A stretch of 64,000 bases of DNA, from NCBI RefSeq assembly GCF_009914755.1, contig NC_060938.1. The stretch is one strand, 5' to 3'. Source of the stretch: the human T2T-CHM13v2.0 reference genome, Homo sapiens. The notes under the pieces are model-generated. The model was not told where the DNA came from, ran no database searches, and saw only the letters and a list, made by a program, of their open reading frames with translations. This document shows, in pieces, positions 33,262 to 47,521 of the stretch. Every line of letters starts with the position of its first letter. Within the stretch, counting starts at the first letter, position 1. The translations under genes were made by a program, and so were the position numbers.

Positions 33262-33709
33262 TAGAGTTTGACTTTTATAAAGTCAATTCTTAGAGATTTA
33301 ACCTAAGAATCCTATAGTTCTCACTGACCATAACTTTGTGTGTCTGTTTTAGTTATCTACTACTATGTAACCTAAAAGTAGAGGCTTAAGACAATCAGGA
33401 TTTAATATTTCTCGCAACTCTGTGTTGAGTGGGTTCAGCTAGGCAGTTTTTCTGCTTTCTCTGGGGCCACTCAATGCGGCTATATTCAGCCGGAAACTAG
33501 TTGGGTCTAGAATGTTCAAGATAGCCTCACTCATGTACTGGGGTCTAGATTCTAGCTATTGGCTGGCGATCTCGGCTCTCCTTAACTTGTCTCTCCAGCA
33601 GGACAGCTTGGATTTCTTTACATGGCAGCTTAGAGCTTTGAAGAAGGTGAAAATGCAAGCTGCAAGGCCTCTTAAGGCCTAGACTTAAAAGTCATACAGT
33701 ATCACTTTT

Positions 33710-34542
33710 TTTTATTTTTCTCATTTTTAAAAAATTTTATTATTATACTTTAAGTTTTAGGGTGCATGTGCACAATGTGCAGGTTAGTTACATATGTATA
33801 CATGTGCCATGCTGGGGTGCTGCACCCATTAACTCGTCATTTAGCATTAGGTATATCTCCTAATGCTATCCCTCCCCCCTCCCCCCACCCCACAACAGTC
33901 CCCAGAGTGTGATGTTCCCCGTCCTGTGTCCATGTGTTCTCATTGTTCAATTCCCACCTATAAGTGAGAACATATAGTGTTTGGTTTTTTGTCCTTGCGA
34001 TAGTTGGCTGAGAATGATGATTTCCAATTTCATCCATGTCCCTACAAAGGACATGAACTCATCCTTTTTTATGGCTGTATAGTATTCCATGGTGTATATG
34101 TGCCACATTTTCTTAATCCAGTCTATCATTGTTGGACATTTGGGTTGGTTCCAAGTCTTTGCTATTGTGAATAGTGCCGCAATAAACATACGTGTGCATG
34201 TGTCTTTATAGCAGCATGATTTATAGTCCTTTGGGTATATACCCAGTAATGGGATGGCTGGGTCAAATGGTATTTCCAGTTCTAGATCCCTGAGGAATCG
34301 CCACACTGACTTCCACAATGGTTGAACTAGTTTACAGTCCCACCAACAGTGTAAAAGTGTTCCTATTTCTCCACATCCACTCCAGCACCTGTTGTTTCCT
34401 GACTTTTTAATGATTGCCATTCTAACTGGTGTGAGATGGTATCTCATTGTGGTTTTGATTTGCATTTCTCTGATGGCCAGTGATGATGAGCATTTTTTCA
34501 TGTGTTTTTAGCTGCATAAATGTCTTCTTTTGAGAAGTGTCT
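33710..34542 (-). mobile_element. 5'-truncated L1PA3-like (~830 bp)
   Basis: gttagttacatatg, cattaactcgtcatttagc, cttgcgatag; exact TSD gtatcactttt at 33699-33709 and 34543-34553; ORF2 C-terminal ORF 33947-34501. Confidence 0.88.
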
Positions 34543-34553
34543 GTATCACTTTT

Positions 34554-34830
34554 AAAAAAATTTTTACTTTAAGTTCTGGGATACATGGGCTGAACGTGCA
34601 GGTTTTTTACATAGGTATACATGTGCCATGGTGGTTTGCTGCACTTATCAACCCATCATCTAGGTTTTAAGCCCAGCATGCATTAGGTATTTGTCCTAAT
34701 GCTCTCCCTTCCCTTACCCCTCACCCTCCGCCCCACCCGACAGGCCCCATTGTATGATGTTCCCCTCCCTGTGTCCATGTGTTCTCATTGTTCAACTCCC
34801 ACTTATGAGTGAGAACATGAAGTGTTTGGT
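34554..34830 (-). mobile_element. Short L1PA8-like 3' fragment
   Basis: ctaggttttaagcccagcatgcattaggtatttgtcc. Confidence 0.82.
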
Positions 34831-35719
34831 TAGGACCACCCAAGATTCAAGGGAGAGAGAAAATGGTGGCATTTCCTCTTGGTGGAAGTAGTGGCAATGA
34901 CCAATTGCAACCGAATAAGCAGCAGGTCATCTTTAAAAACAATCTGCAAAAGGAGAAGGAAAATATCTATGGAAGAACTGGTAATTCAAGAAAGTGGCAT
35001 GAGCAGAAGACTTGGGGTCCCTGGGTGTGCTCTATCTCTCAGAGGTCTCCTTAGATTGCACTGTCACTTCCTGAGGAAATCATGGGCTTCTGGAGAGGCA
35101 TTTATAGAATGGAATAATTATTACCAGTTGTCTGCCTTCAGCCACCACTGTCCTCCCACAAGGTCCTTCCCCTCTCTTCACTCTCTGCTGTTCCCTGCAC
35201 CAATCTCCTGACTCTCACCTGCCACTCTTACTGGCTCGTCAAACCCTATATTTGAACTACATCATTTTTCTCGGAAACAAGAATCTGGTTGAGAGTCTTC
35301 TTCATCTGCAACTTAAATGTATGTACACATACACATTCAAGGCTGTACCTTTTATGAATCATTAGAGAGTGTGTCATCCAGGAGCCACTACTGGCTATCA
35401 TAGGTTTTTCTTTATAATTTGGATTTTTGTTTGTTGGCTTTTGTTTGTTTGCTTTTCTACAAAAGCTTGCATTCCCCAATTGTGCCATGGGCCCCAAGAA
35501 ACTACTGCTTTCCACCAAGGCTATCCCTCTTTCACTTATTCCTTTTATCTGCCAGGCTCCTGAGGGAAATTATGTTTGCATCCTTGACCTAGTTCAACAC
35601 GTCCAATTAGGTAAGGAAATAAGGCCCAGAGAGGTGGGATGATTTCATTTTCTAAACAAAACAAAATTAAAGGAGCCACCCAACCACTGTTTTCTTGTTT
35701 ATTATGTTTTCATCTTTTT

Positions 35720-36018
<299 letters not shown>

Positions 36019-36356
36019 TGTTTTCATCTTTTTGACAACATAGTGGTAGAGTTCATAGATAAGGAAGTCAATATTTGGGGTGTTAAAAATGGCCTACATC
36101 CTAGATCTCCTGGTTCCACTTCCAGGATACTTTTCCATACAGCAGCTGGGGTTGGCCTGGAGCATAAAGAAATGTGTGTTTGCTGTTCCTTATGTTAGAC
36201 CAGCATTTTCCTAGGATTCTATAGCATCATCTTGATTCTCCCTAGGCTCAGCCCCTAAGTACGGAGCAGACTTCATTTTCTGTCCTTGAATAGCCCTGTG
36301 CAAATGAAGTTGTTTATAGATTCATGAATCATTTATTTATCTATTACTTCATTTAT

Positions 36357-36652
36357 CTTATTTATTTTTTGAGACAGGGTCTCCCTCTGTTGCCCAGGCT
36401 GGAGTGCAGTGACACAATCTCACCTCATTGCAGCCTCCAACTCCCAGGCTCAGGCAATCCTCCCATCTCAGCCTCCTGAGTAGCTGGGACTATAGGCGTG
36501 TGTGAACATGCCCAGCTAATTTTTGTATTTTTCGTAGAGATGAGGTCTCACGATGTTGCCCAGGCTAATCTCAAACTTCTAGACTCAATTGATCCACCTG
36601 CTTCAACCTCCCAAAGTGCTGGGATTATAGGCATGAGTCATCACACCTGGCC
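36357..36652 (-). mobile_element. AluJ
   Basis: gagacagggtctc, gcagcctcc, ggctcaggcaatcctccc, gttgcccaggct; TSD ttcatttat. Confidence 0.9.
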
Positions 36653-37670
36653 TTCATTTATATCTTAAAGCAACTTAAAAAAACAAATGTGAAATTCAAG
36701 TGAGCAATATCACCTTGTGCAAACACTGCAAGAATGTGTCTTTCATCTTGCATTGTATACTTCTATAGAGTAGGATTCAAGTCATTCATTTGCTTCAGCA
36801 TCCAAGACAAAGAGAAGAAAGTAGTCAGTGCTCGATAAATAGTTGAAGGCATGAATGGATTTTTAGGGGGCACCACAAGTGAGGCTCCTTTGCTTTCTCC
36901 ATGGATAAGTAGTTAGAGACTTAGAGGAGGACTGACCTCTTCCTCTAACTGGCTTCATAATCTGATGCAAACAGTTTTAACCTGTCAGCTTCACTTTTCT
37001 CACCTCTAAGATGAGAAGATTAGAAAGTATAAACTCTTGTGCTTCTATTTGAAAATGCTGTAACTATTTCATATAATATTGCATCAGGAAATGGGAAAAG
37101 TACTTTGACCAAATAATTTATAAGTTTCAGTATCAGTTTCTCATTTTCTGAATTCTGAAGTTTAAACCCTCCTACTTAAAGAAGAAGATGAAGCAGTGGT
37201 TCGTAAGAGACATCCTTGGGAAGTTACACTTGAGTTGAAGAAATACATTGCCTCATCCTACGTTGCTATTGAGTGTGGGTCCTTGTGGTTCATTTTTTAA
37301 AATTATACTTTAAGTTCTGGGGTACATGTGCAGAACGTGCAGTTTTGTTACATAGGTATACACATGCCATGGTGGTTTGCAGGACCCATCAACCCATCAC
37401 TACATTAGGTATTTCTCCTAATACTATCCCTCCCCTAACCTCCCCACCCACTGACAGACACTGGTGTGTGATGCTTCCCTCACTGTGTCTATGTATTCTC
37501 ATTGTTCAACTCCCACTTATGAGTGAGAACATGCAGTGTTTGATTTTTTGTTCCTGTGTTAGTTTGCTGAGAGTGATGATTTCCAGCTTCATCCATGTCT
37601 CTGCAAAGAACATGAATTCATCTTTTATGGCTGCATAGTATTCCATGGTGTATATGTGCCATAAATTCAT

Positions 37671-37729
<59 letters not shown>

Positions 37730-37781
37730 CTCTCTCTTTCTCTCTCTCTTTCTTTCTTTCTCTCTTTCTTTCTTTCTTTTT
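37671..37781. repeat. (TTTC)n/(TC)n compound STR derived from an L1 poly(A) tail
   Basis: ~110 nt of pure pyrimidine tctttctttc...tctctctctttc. Confidence 0.93.
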
Positions 37782-38139
37782 AATTATACTTTAAGTTCTA
37801 GGGTACATGTGCACAACGTGCAGGTTTGATACATAGGTATACATGTGCCATGTTGGTTTGTTGCACCCATCAACTCGTCATTTACATTAGGTATTTCTCC
37901 TAATGCTATCCCTCCCCCAGCCCCCCATCCCTCTGACAGGCCCTGGTGTGGGATGTTCCCCGCCCTGTGTCCAAGTGTTCTCATTGTTCAATTCCCACCT
38001 GTGAGTGAGAACATGTGGTGTTTGGTTTTCTGTCTTTGTGATAGTTTGCTGAGAATGATGGTTTCCAGCTTCATCTATGTCCCTGCAAAGGACAGGAACT
38101 CATCCTTCTTCATGGCTGCATAGAATTCCAAAGTGTATA
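37671..38139 (-). mobile_element. L1PA6-like 3' end (~360 bp plus microsatellite tail) nested in L1PA7
   Basis: catcaactcgtcatttacattagg...cccccagccc...ccccgccctg match the window's L1PA6; sequence after 38140 reverts to L1PA7-type (ctttatcc, gatgggc, tagtagaatg). Confidence 0.75.
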
Positions 38140-39421
38140 GTGCCATAGTTTCTTTATCCACTCTATCATTGATGGGCATTTGGGTTAGTTCCAAGTCTTT
38201 GCTGTTGTGAACAGTGCCACAGTAAACATACATGTGCATGTGTCTTTATAGTAGAATGATTTATATGACCCAGTAATGGGATTGCTGGGTCAAATGGTAT
38301 TTCTAGTTCTAGATCCTTGAGGAATAGCCACACTGTCTTCCATAATGGTTGAAATAATTTACACTCTTACCAACAGTGTAAAAGATTTCCTATTTCTCCA
38401 CATCCTCTCCAGCATCTGTTGTTTCCTGACTTTTTAATGATCACCATTCTAACTGGTGTGAGATGATATCTCATTGTGGCTTTGATTTGCATTTCCCTAG
38501 TGACCAGTAATAATAAGCTTTTTTTCATATGTTTGTTGGCTGCATAGATGTCTTCTTTTGATAAGTGTCTGTTCATATCCTTTGCCCACTTTTTGATGGG
38601 GCTGTTTTTGTCAAGTAAATTTATTTAAATTCTTTGTAGATTTGGGATATTAGCACTTTGTCAGATGGATAGATTGCAAAAATTTTCTCCCATTCTGTAG
38701 GCTACCAGTTGACTCTGATGATACTTTCTTTTGCTGTGCAGAAGGTCTTTAGTTTAATTAGATCCCATTTGTCAATTTTGGCTTTTGTTGCCATTGCTTT
38801 TGGTGTTCAGACATGAAGTCTTTGCCCATGCCTATGTCCTGAATGGTATTGCCTAGGTTTTCTTTGGGATTTTTATGGTTTTAGGTCTTACATTAAAGTC
38901 ATTAATCCATCTTGAGTTAATTTTTGTGTAAGGTGTAGGGCAGGGATCCAGTTTCAGTTTTCTGCATATGGCTAGCCAGTTTTCCCAATACCTCTTATTA
39001 AATAGGGAATCCTTTCCCCACTGCTTGTTTTTGCCAGGTTTGTCGAAGATCAGATGGTTATAGATGTGTGGTGTTATTTCTGAGGCCTCTGTTCTGTTCC
39101 ATTGGTTTATATATCTGTTTTAATACCAGTATCATGCTGTTTTGGTTACTGTAGCCTTGTGGTATAGTTTGAAGTCAGGTAGCATGATGCCTCCAGCTTT
39201 GTTCTTTTTGCTTAGTATTATCTTGGCTATGCAGGCTCTTTTTAGGTTTCATATGAAGGTTAAAGTAGTTTTTTCCAATTCTGTGAAGAAAGTCCCTGGT
39301 AGCTTGATGGGGATAGCATTGAATCTATAAATTACTGTGGGCAGTATGGCCATTTTGACGATATTGATTCTTCCTATCCATGGGCATGGAATGTTGTTCT
39401 ATTTGTTTGTGTCCTCTCTTA

Positions 39422-39721
<300 letters not shown>

Positions 39722-39724
39722 TTA

Positions 39725-40261
<537 letters not shown>

Positions 40262-41047
40262 TCATAAAATGAGTTACGGAGGAGTCTCTCTTTTTCTATT
40301 GTTTGGAATAGTTTCAAAAGGAATGATACCAGCTCCTCTTTGTTCCTCTGGTAGAATTCGGCTGTAAATCCTTCTGGTCCTGGACTTTTTTTGGTTGGTA
40401 GACTATTAATTACTGCCTCAATTTCAGAACTTGTTATTGGTCTATTCAGGAATTCAACTTCTTCCTGGTTTAGTTTTGGGAGGGTGTATATGTCCAGGAA
40501 TTTATGCATGTCTTCTAGATTTTCCAGTTGATTTGCATAGAGGTGTTTATAGTATTCTCTGTGGGATCAGTGATGATATCCCCTTTATCATTTTTTACTG
40601 TGCCTATTTGATTCTTTTCTCTCTTTTTCTTTATTAGTCTGGCTAGTGGTTTATTTTGTTAATCTTTTCAAAAAACCAGCTCCTGGATTCATTGATTTTT
40701 TTTGAAGGGTTTGTCATGTCTGTATCTCCTTCAGTTCTGTTCTGATCCTAGTTATTTCTTCTCTTCTGCTAGCTTTTGAATTTGTTTGCTCTTGCTTCTC
40801 TGGTTCTTTTAATTGTGATGTTAAGGTGTTGATTTTAGATCTTTCCTGCTTTCTCTTGTGGGCATTTATTGCTATAAATTTCCCTCTAAACACTGCTTTG
40901 GCTGTGTCCCAGATATTCTGGTATGTTGTGTCTTTGTTCTCATTGGTTCAAAGAACATCTTTATTTCTGCCTTAATTTTGTTATTTACCCAGTAGTCATT
41001 CAGGAGCAGGTTGTTCAGTTTCCATGTAGTTGTGTGGTTTTGAGTGA

Positions 41048-41360
<313 letters not shown>

Positions 41361-43841
41361 TGAGTGAGTTTCTTAATCCTAGTTCTAATTTGATTGCACT
41401 GTGGTCTGAGAGACTGTTTGTTATGATTTCCGTTCTTTTGGATTTGCTGAGGGGTGTTTTACTTCCAGTTATGTGGTCAATTTTAGAATAAGTGCGATGT
41501 GGTACTGAGAAGAATATATTTTCTGTTGATTTGGGGTGGAGAGTTCTGTAGATGTGTATTAGGTCCACTTGGTCCAGAACTGAGTTCAAGTCTTGAATAT
41601 CCTTGTTAATTTTGTCTCTCGTTGCTCTGTCTAATATTGACAGTGTGGTGTTAACTTTTCGCACTGTTATTGTGTGGGAGTCGAAGTCTCTTTGTAGGTC
41701 TCTAAGAACTTGCTTTATGAATTTGGCTGTTCCTGTATTGGGTGCATATATATTTAGGATAGTTAGCTCTTCTTGTTGAATTGATCCCTTTACCATTATG
41801 TAATGGCCTTCTTTGTCTCTTTTGATCTTTGTTGCTTTAAAGTCTGTTTTATCAGAGACTAGGATTGCAAACCCTGCTTTTTTTTCTTTACATTTGCTTG
41901 GTAAATATTCTTCCATCCTTTTATTTTGAGCCTATGTGTTTCTTTGCACGTGAGATAGGTCTCCTGAATACAGCACACTGATGGGTCTTGACTCTTTATC
42001 CAATTTGCCAGCCTGTGTCTTTTAATTGGGGCATTTAGCCCATTTACATTTAAGGTTAATATTGTTATGTGTGAATATGATACTGTCATTGTGATGCCAG
42101 CTGGTTATTTTGCCCGTTAGTTAATGCAGTTTCTTCATAGTGTCGATGGTCTTTACAATTTGGTATGTTTTTGCAGTGCTGGTACTATTTTTTTCCTTTC
42201 CATGTTTAGTGCTTCCTTCAGGAGCTCTTGTAAGGCAGGCCTGGTGGTGACAAAATCTCTCAGCATTTCCTTGTCTATAAAGGATTTTATGTCTCTTTTG
42301 CTTATGAAGCTAGTTTGGCTGGATATGAAATTCTGGGTTGAAAATTCTTTTCTTTAGGAATGTTGAATATTGGCTCCTGCCTCTTTTGGCTTCTGGGGTT
42401 TCTGCAGAGGGATCGGCTGTTGGTCTGATGGGCTTCATTTTGTGGGTAACCTGACCTTTCTCTCTGGCTGTTCTTAACATTTTTTCCTTCATTTCAACCT
42501 TGGTGAATCTGATGATTATGTGTCTTGGGGTTGCTCTTCTCAAGTAGTGTCTTTGTGGTGTTCTCTGTATTTCCTGAATTTGAATGTTGGCTTGCCTTGC
42601 TAGGTTGGGGAAGTTCTCCTGAATAATATCCTGAAGAGTGTTTTCCAACTTGGTTCCATTCTCCCTGTCACTTTCAGATACACCAATCAAACATAGATTT
42701 GATGTTTTCACATAGTCCCATATTTCTTGGCAGCTTTGTTCATTCCTTTTCATTCTTTTTTCTCTAATCTTGTCTTCTTTCATTAAGTTGATCTTCAATC
42801 TCTGATATCCTTTCTTCTGCTTGATTGATTCAGCTATTGATACTTTTGTATGCTTCATGAAGTTCTTGTGCTGTGTTTTTAAGCTCCATTGGGTCATTTA
42901 TATTCTTCTCTAAACTGGTTATTCTCATTATCAATTCCTCTAACCTCTTTTCAAGGTTCTTAGCTTCCTTGCACTGGGTTAGAACATGCTCCTTTAGCTT
43001 GGACGTGTTTCTTATTACCCACCTTCTGAAGCCTACTTCTGTCAATTCATCAAACTCATCCATCCAGTTTTGTTCCCTTGCTGGCAAGGAGTGCTGATCC
43101 TTTGGAGGAGAAGAGGTGTTCTGGTTTTTGGAATTTTCAGCCTTTTCCCACTGGTTTCTCTCCACCTTCATAGGTTTATCTACCTTTCGTCTTTGATGTT
43201 GGTGATCTTTGAATGGGGTCTCTGAATGGACGTGCTGTTCCTTTCTGTTTGTTAGTTTTCCTTCTAACAGTCAGGCCCCTCTGCTGCAGGTCTGCTGGAG
43301 TTTGCTAGAGGTCCATTCCAGACCTTGTTTGCCTGGGCATCACCAGCAGAGGCTGCAGAACAGCAAAGATTGCTGCCCGTTCTTTCCTCTGGAAGCTTTG
43401 TCCCAGACGGGCACCCAATAGATGCCAGCCAGAGCTCTCCTGTATGAGGTGTCTGTCAGCCCCTACTGGGAGATGTCTCCTAGTCAGGATACATGGGGAT
43501 CAGGGACCCACTTAAGGAGGCAGTCTGACCCTTAGCAGTGCTCTAGTGCTGTGCTCAGAGATCCGCTGCTCTCTTCAGAGCCTTCAGTCAGGGATGTTTT
43601 AAGTCGGCTGGAGCTGAGCCCACAGCTGCCCCTTCCTCAAGGTGCTCTGTCTCAGGGAGATGGGGGTTTTACCTGTAAGCACCTGACTGAGGCCGCTGCC
43701 TTTTTTTTCCATAGATCCCCTGGCCAGAGAGGAGGAATCTAGAGAGGCAATCTGGCCTCAGTAGCCTTGCTGAGCTGCATTGGCCTCTGCCCAGTTCAAA
43801 CTTCCCGGCAGCTTTGTTTACTTCCTACTTAAGCCTCAGCA

Positions 43842-44234
43842 ATGGTGGACGCCCCTCCCCGCACCAAGCTTGAGCATCCCAGGTTCACTTCAGATTGCTG
43901 CTGTGCTGGCAGCAAGAATTTCAAGCCAGTGGATTTTAGCTTGCTGGGCTCCATGGGGGTGGGACCCGCTGAGCCAGACCACCTGGCTCCCTGGCTTCAG
44001 CCCCCTTTCCAGGGGAGTGAATGGTTCTGTCTCACTGGCATTCCAGGCACCACTGGGGTATGGGGGAGAAAAAAAAACAAACTCCTGCAGCTAACTTGGT
44101 GTCTGCCCAAATGGCCACCCAGTTTTGTACCTGAAACCTGGGGCCCTGGTGATGTAGAGGGAATATCCTGGTCTGCAGGTTGCAAAGACCATGGGAAAAG
44201 TGCAGTATCTGGGCTGGAGTGCACTGTTCCTTAG
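43842..44234 (+). other. L1 ORF0 homologue (antisense ORF in the L1PA7 5'UTR), 130 codons
   Basis: MVDAPP...TSDCC...SMGVGPAEP aligns with primate ORF0 (MAGAPP...ISDCC...SVGVGPSEP); Kozak gcaATGG. Confidence 0.7.
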
Positions 44235-45399
44235 GTACAGTCCCTCATGGCTTCCACTGGGTAAGGGAGAGAATTCCCCCACCCCTTGAGCTTCCTGGGT
44301 GAGGTGATGCCCCACCCTGCTTCAGCTCACCCTTCATGGGCTGTACCCACTGTCCAAGCAGTCCCAATGAGATGAGCCAAGTACCTCAGTTGGAAATGCA
44401 GAAATCACCCACCTTCTGCATTGATCTCACTGGGAGCTGCAGACTGGAGCTGTTCCTATTCAGCCATCTTGCCAGCCCCTTCTGGTTCATTTTTATTTTA
44501 CAATTAAACCTTGGAACCAATGAGAGTTTTGGGACAGAGAAAGCCAGAATGGCCTATGAGTTTACAGACTAGGTTAGCAATTAAAAATACAGTTCATTTG
44601 ACAAGAACAACTGTCAAATTGATGAAAAGATGACAAGATATACCAAGAGACTTACAAACCAGGAGAAAATTGTTTCTAATTATTCCTGGAGTAGGGAAAC
44701 AGGCATTTACTGAATATTCTACTATGAATATGAACAGGTACATCGTACCTAGGATCCAACTGATACTCAGTAAAACTCTGCTGAGTGAGTGAATGCATGA
44801 ATCAATGAATGACCTATGTTGACTCATTCTTATTTTCTATCTATACAGGACTGAATTCATTCTCTTTTTTTCCTCTCTTCTGGTTTGAAAGTTGTACATA
44901 CATTTTATATTCATTTAGTGATTGCCCTTACCTTTGATTTACCTTACATACAGGAAAACATGTCTCCTTAAATTTGATTCCCACTATCCCATTATTCCTT
45001 ACCCCTACCCCTAAAGAGGATGCTACTGTAACAGTCTTATTTTTCCCTAAGATAGGTAGATTTTTCTATGATGCAAGTGAAGCTGAAGTTTAGGGCCTCT
45101 TACTTGCATGCTCCAACGTTTTAGTACTTATTTACCAAGTATGAAGTTAATTATTATTGCCGTCCACCTTTCATGAGGAGGTACAATATACATGTAAAGA
45201 ACTATGATTTTTTTTCTATTTATATAGGTAGAAATCTGGAAAATATATGTGGGAATGGATATTGAGAGTATGTGATTAAGGTAGAAGAAATATGAAATTG
45301 AAAATCATTGAAAGCAGAGCTGAGGTTTCTGAAAGAGAGGGAGGGTGGGAGAAAGAGAAAGTGAGAGGAAAGGGAGGAAGGGAAGAGGGGGGACCAGAA

Positions 45400-45615
45400 G
45401 GGAGGAGGGGAGGAGAGAATGCCACTTGTGGGCAACCACTTTGCCCATGCCCATGGGTTCCAGCCTACCCTGATCTTCCCTTTCTTTCCTATGGATTTCA
45501 ACCTTGCTTAGCCAGGCCCCACATTGTGTAAGCCCATTCCTTATTTCTTTAAAATGAAGCTCTTAATATGTTGTTTCCTATTGGTTCTGCTTCTTGCGTT
45601 GAACCCTACTATTCA
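45400..45615 (+). mobile_element. MLT2-type ERVL LTR, 3' part
   Basis: gttccagcctaccctgatcttccc...gcttagccaggccccaca...tcctattggttctgcttcttgcgttgaaccct. Confidence 0.6.
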
Positions 45616-45639
45616 ACCTGTCCCGATTTCAAAGCACAG

Positions 45640-46445
45640 TTTTTCATACTGTTTCACACTGTTTTGCTTATGGTTCTCTTCTATTCCTTGATTTTTCTCT
45701 TTGAACATGTTGAAAGTCTTTATTTGGGAGTTTCTCAAAAACTATTCCCTTATTGAGATTTTTTTAAATTGCAAATTCTCTCATTTGCTGAATCAATACC
45801 TCCTTTTTGGTGTAGTGTGTAACTTTTGAGTATGACCTCAGCAGCAGTTATTCTCAGCTGGGCCACAGAGGCATCCTTTTATTGAATTGTCTCTACAGAA
45901 AAGTTTAACCAGGGGACCAATGAGTTGTCACTAGCACAGGACCACTTTTTATTGGCCTTGAATGCTCGCATTTTGCAGGGAGTGTGAATTCAGATTCCTC
46001 ACTCATGTGAGACACGAACTTGTTTTCCAGTATTTATGGTGACTCTCATTTCATTCACCGAGTCCCAGGCAAATGGAAAGATTCCTTCCTTTTTCTTTGG
46101 ACCAGTAGACAGAGTATTTCTATTTGGCATTTCTGAATGGAGTGCCCACTTAGTGACTCCCAGTTTTATTCAGGTAGCTTCGTTCTAGGTCCAAGCATAC
46201 ATTGAAACTGGGGCTGGAATCCCCTTCTCAGAGTTTTAAGATCTCAGCCCAATATGTTATGAGCTAATCTGATACTTGGTGAGCTGTTTGGATCCAGCTT
46301 TTTTTCACACCTTTAACTTTTAGTTCATTATTTCTGGCACCTGAAGATTTCTCTTTCTTGGTTTCAAGCTTATTGCAATGTAGTGTTGGAAGGATAGGGA
46401 GAGTTCCCACCTCAATTTAATCTACCATATCGGCTAGAAATGGCC
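45640..46445 (-). mobile_element. Very old L1M/HAL1-type 5' region
   Basis: T-rich ORF1-like stretch ending in ctaccatatcggctagaaa, similar to L1M 5' termini; highly diverged. Confidence 0.35.
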
Positions 46446-46610
46446 CTAAGTGTAGTTTAAGGAAAATTACAATGCAAACTTTAAAAAAAAAAAGAAAAAG
46501 AAAAAAGACTTCTGCTGGCTCAGAATTACATATATGACTCTAACACATCCTTAATACAATTCATGTTCTTTTATGTCTAGAGTCTGCAAATAGATAATAT
46601 CTCATTTATC

Positions 46611-46780
46611 TTTTTTTTCTCTTTTTTGAGAAGGGGTCACTCAGGCTGGAGTGCAGTGATAAGATCACAGTTTATTGCAGCCTCAACCTCCTGAACTCAA
46701 GCAATCCTTCTGCCTCAGTCTCCCAAATAGCTGGGGGATCAGAGGCACATGCCACCATGGCCAGCTAATTTCTAAAATTT
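46611..46780 (-). mobile_element. AluJ right monomer / FRAM
   Basis: caggctggagtgcagtg...gcagcctcaacctcctgaactcaagcaatcc...gccaccatggccagctaatt. Confidence 0.8.
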
Positions 46781-47521
46781 TCTTTATTTTGAAAGATCAT
46801 TTTAAAGGTTTCCTTGGGGAAACTCTCCTTATTCTCACGGAGAGTCTGCCTCCTTCTCCTCACACAGCATTCTTTTCATCCAGAATCTATTCATTACCCT
46901 CAGACAATAAAAAACATGTAGTTTATTTTATGTAGTGAGTATAATCTTTCTCTTGCTTCTCGTGCCCATTCTCTATGAAACTATGAATGAGAGGGGTCAG
47001 TGTTCTGGGCATTTGAAGAACTTTTGATCAATTTTATCCTTACTAGGGAGGTCAATTTTGATTCACTTTCACCCTTTGAGTACCTTGTAGTCTAATTTTG
47101 TTTCTTTTTCTCTTTGCTTATAAAGGCAATGGCAGGGGAGGGGATGTTGAGAAAACTAGAGGTTGTGACAGGAACTGCTTCTATTTCTCTCCCCCTATCT
47201 ATTCAACCCCAAATAGAACCCCTCCCTCTGTACTTCCCTGAAAATGAATCCTCCCTTGCTGAATGCAGCTTATCAAGATATAAGTGAATCAGTAGCCTTG
47301 AGTCTTGGAAATTTTTTATCTCTTCTGTTTGTTCCCAAAGACCATCACTTACAAAGCCCATAGTGACAGGTGAACCCTTAGACTGCAGCACAATGGTAGG
47401 AAGGAGATACTCTTGGTAAAATGAATTGTATAGGGTGTGCTGGCTGAGGTTCAACCATCATAGCTAAAAAGGGCTAGTTGTCTTTCAGACACTTCATCTG
47501 AGGGCTTGTCACCTCTCCTTT

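Larger units (their letters stand above)
33340..34950 (-). mobile_element. MLT1 (H/I/J-type) MaLR LTR split by L1PA3 and L1PA8 (LTR parts 33340-33705 and 34831-34950)
   Basis: gttcaagatagcctcactcatg...aagctgcaaggcctcttaaggcctag, and cccaagattcaagggag after the L1s. Confidence 0.7.
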
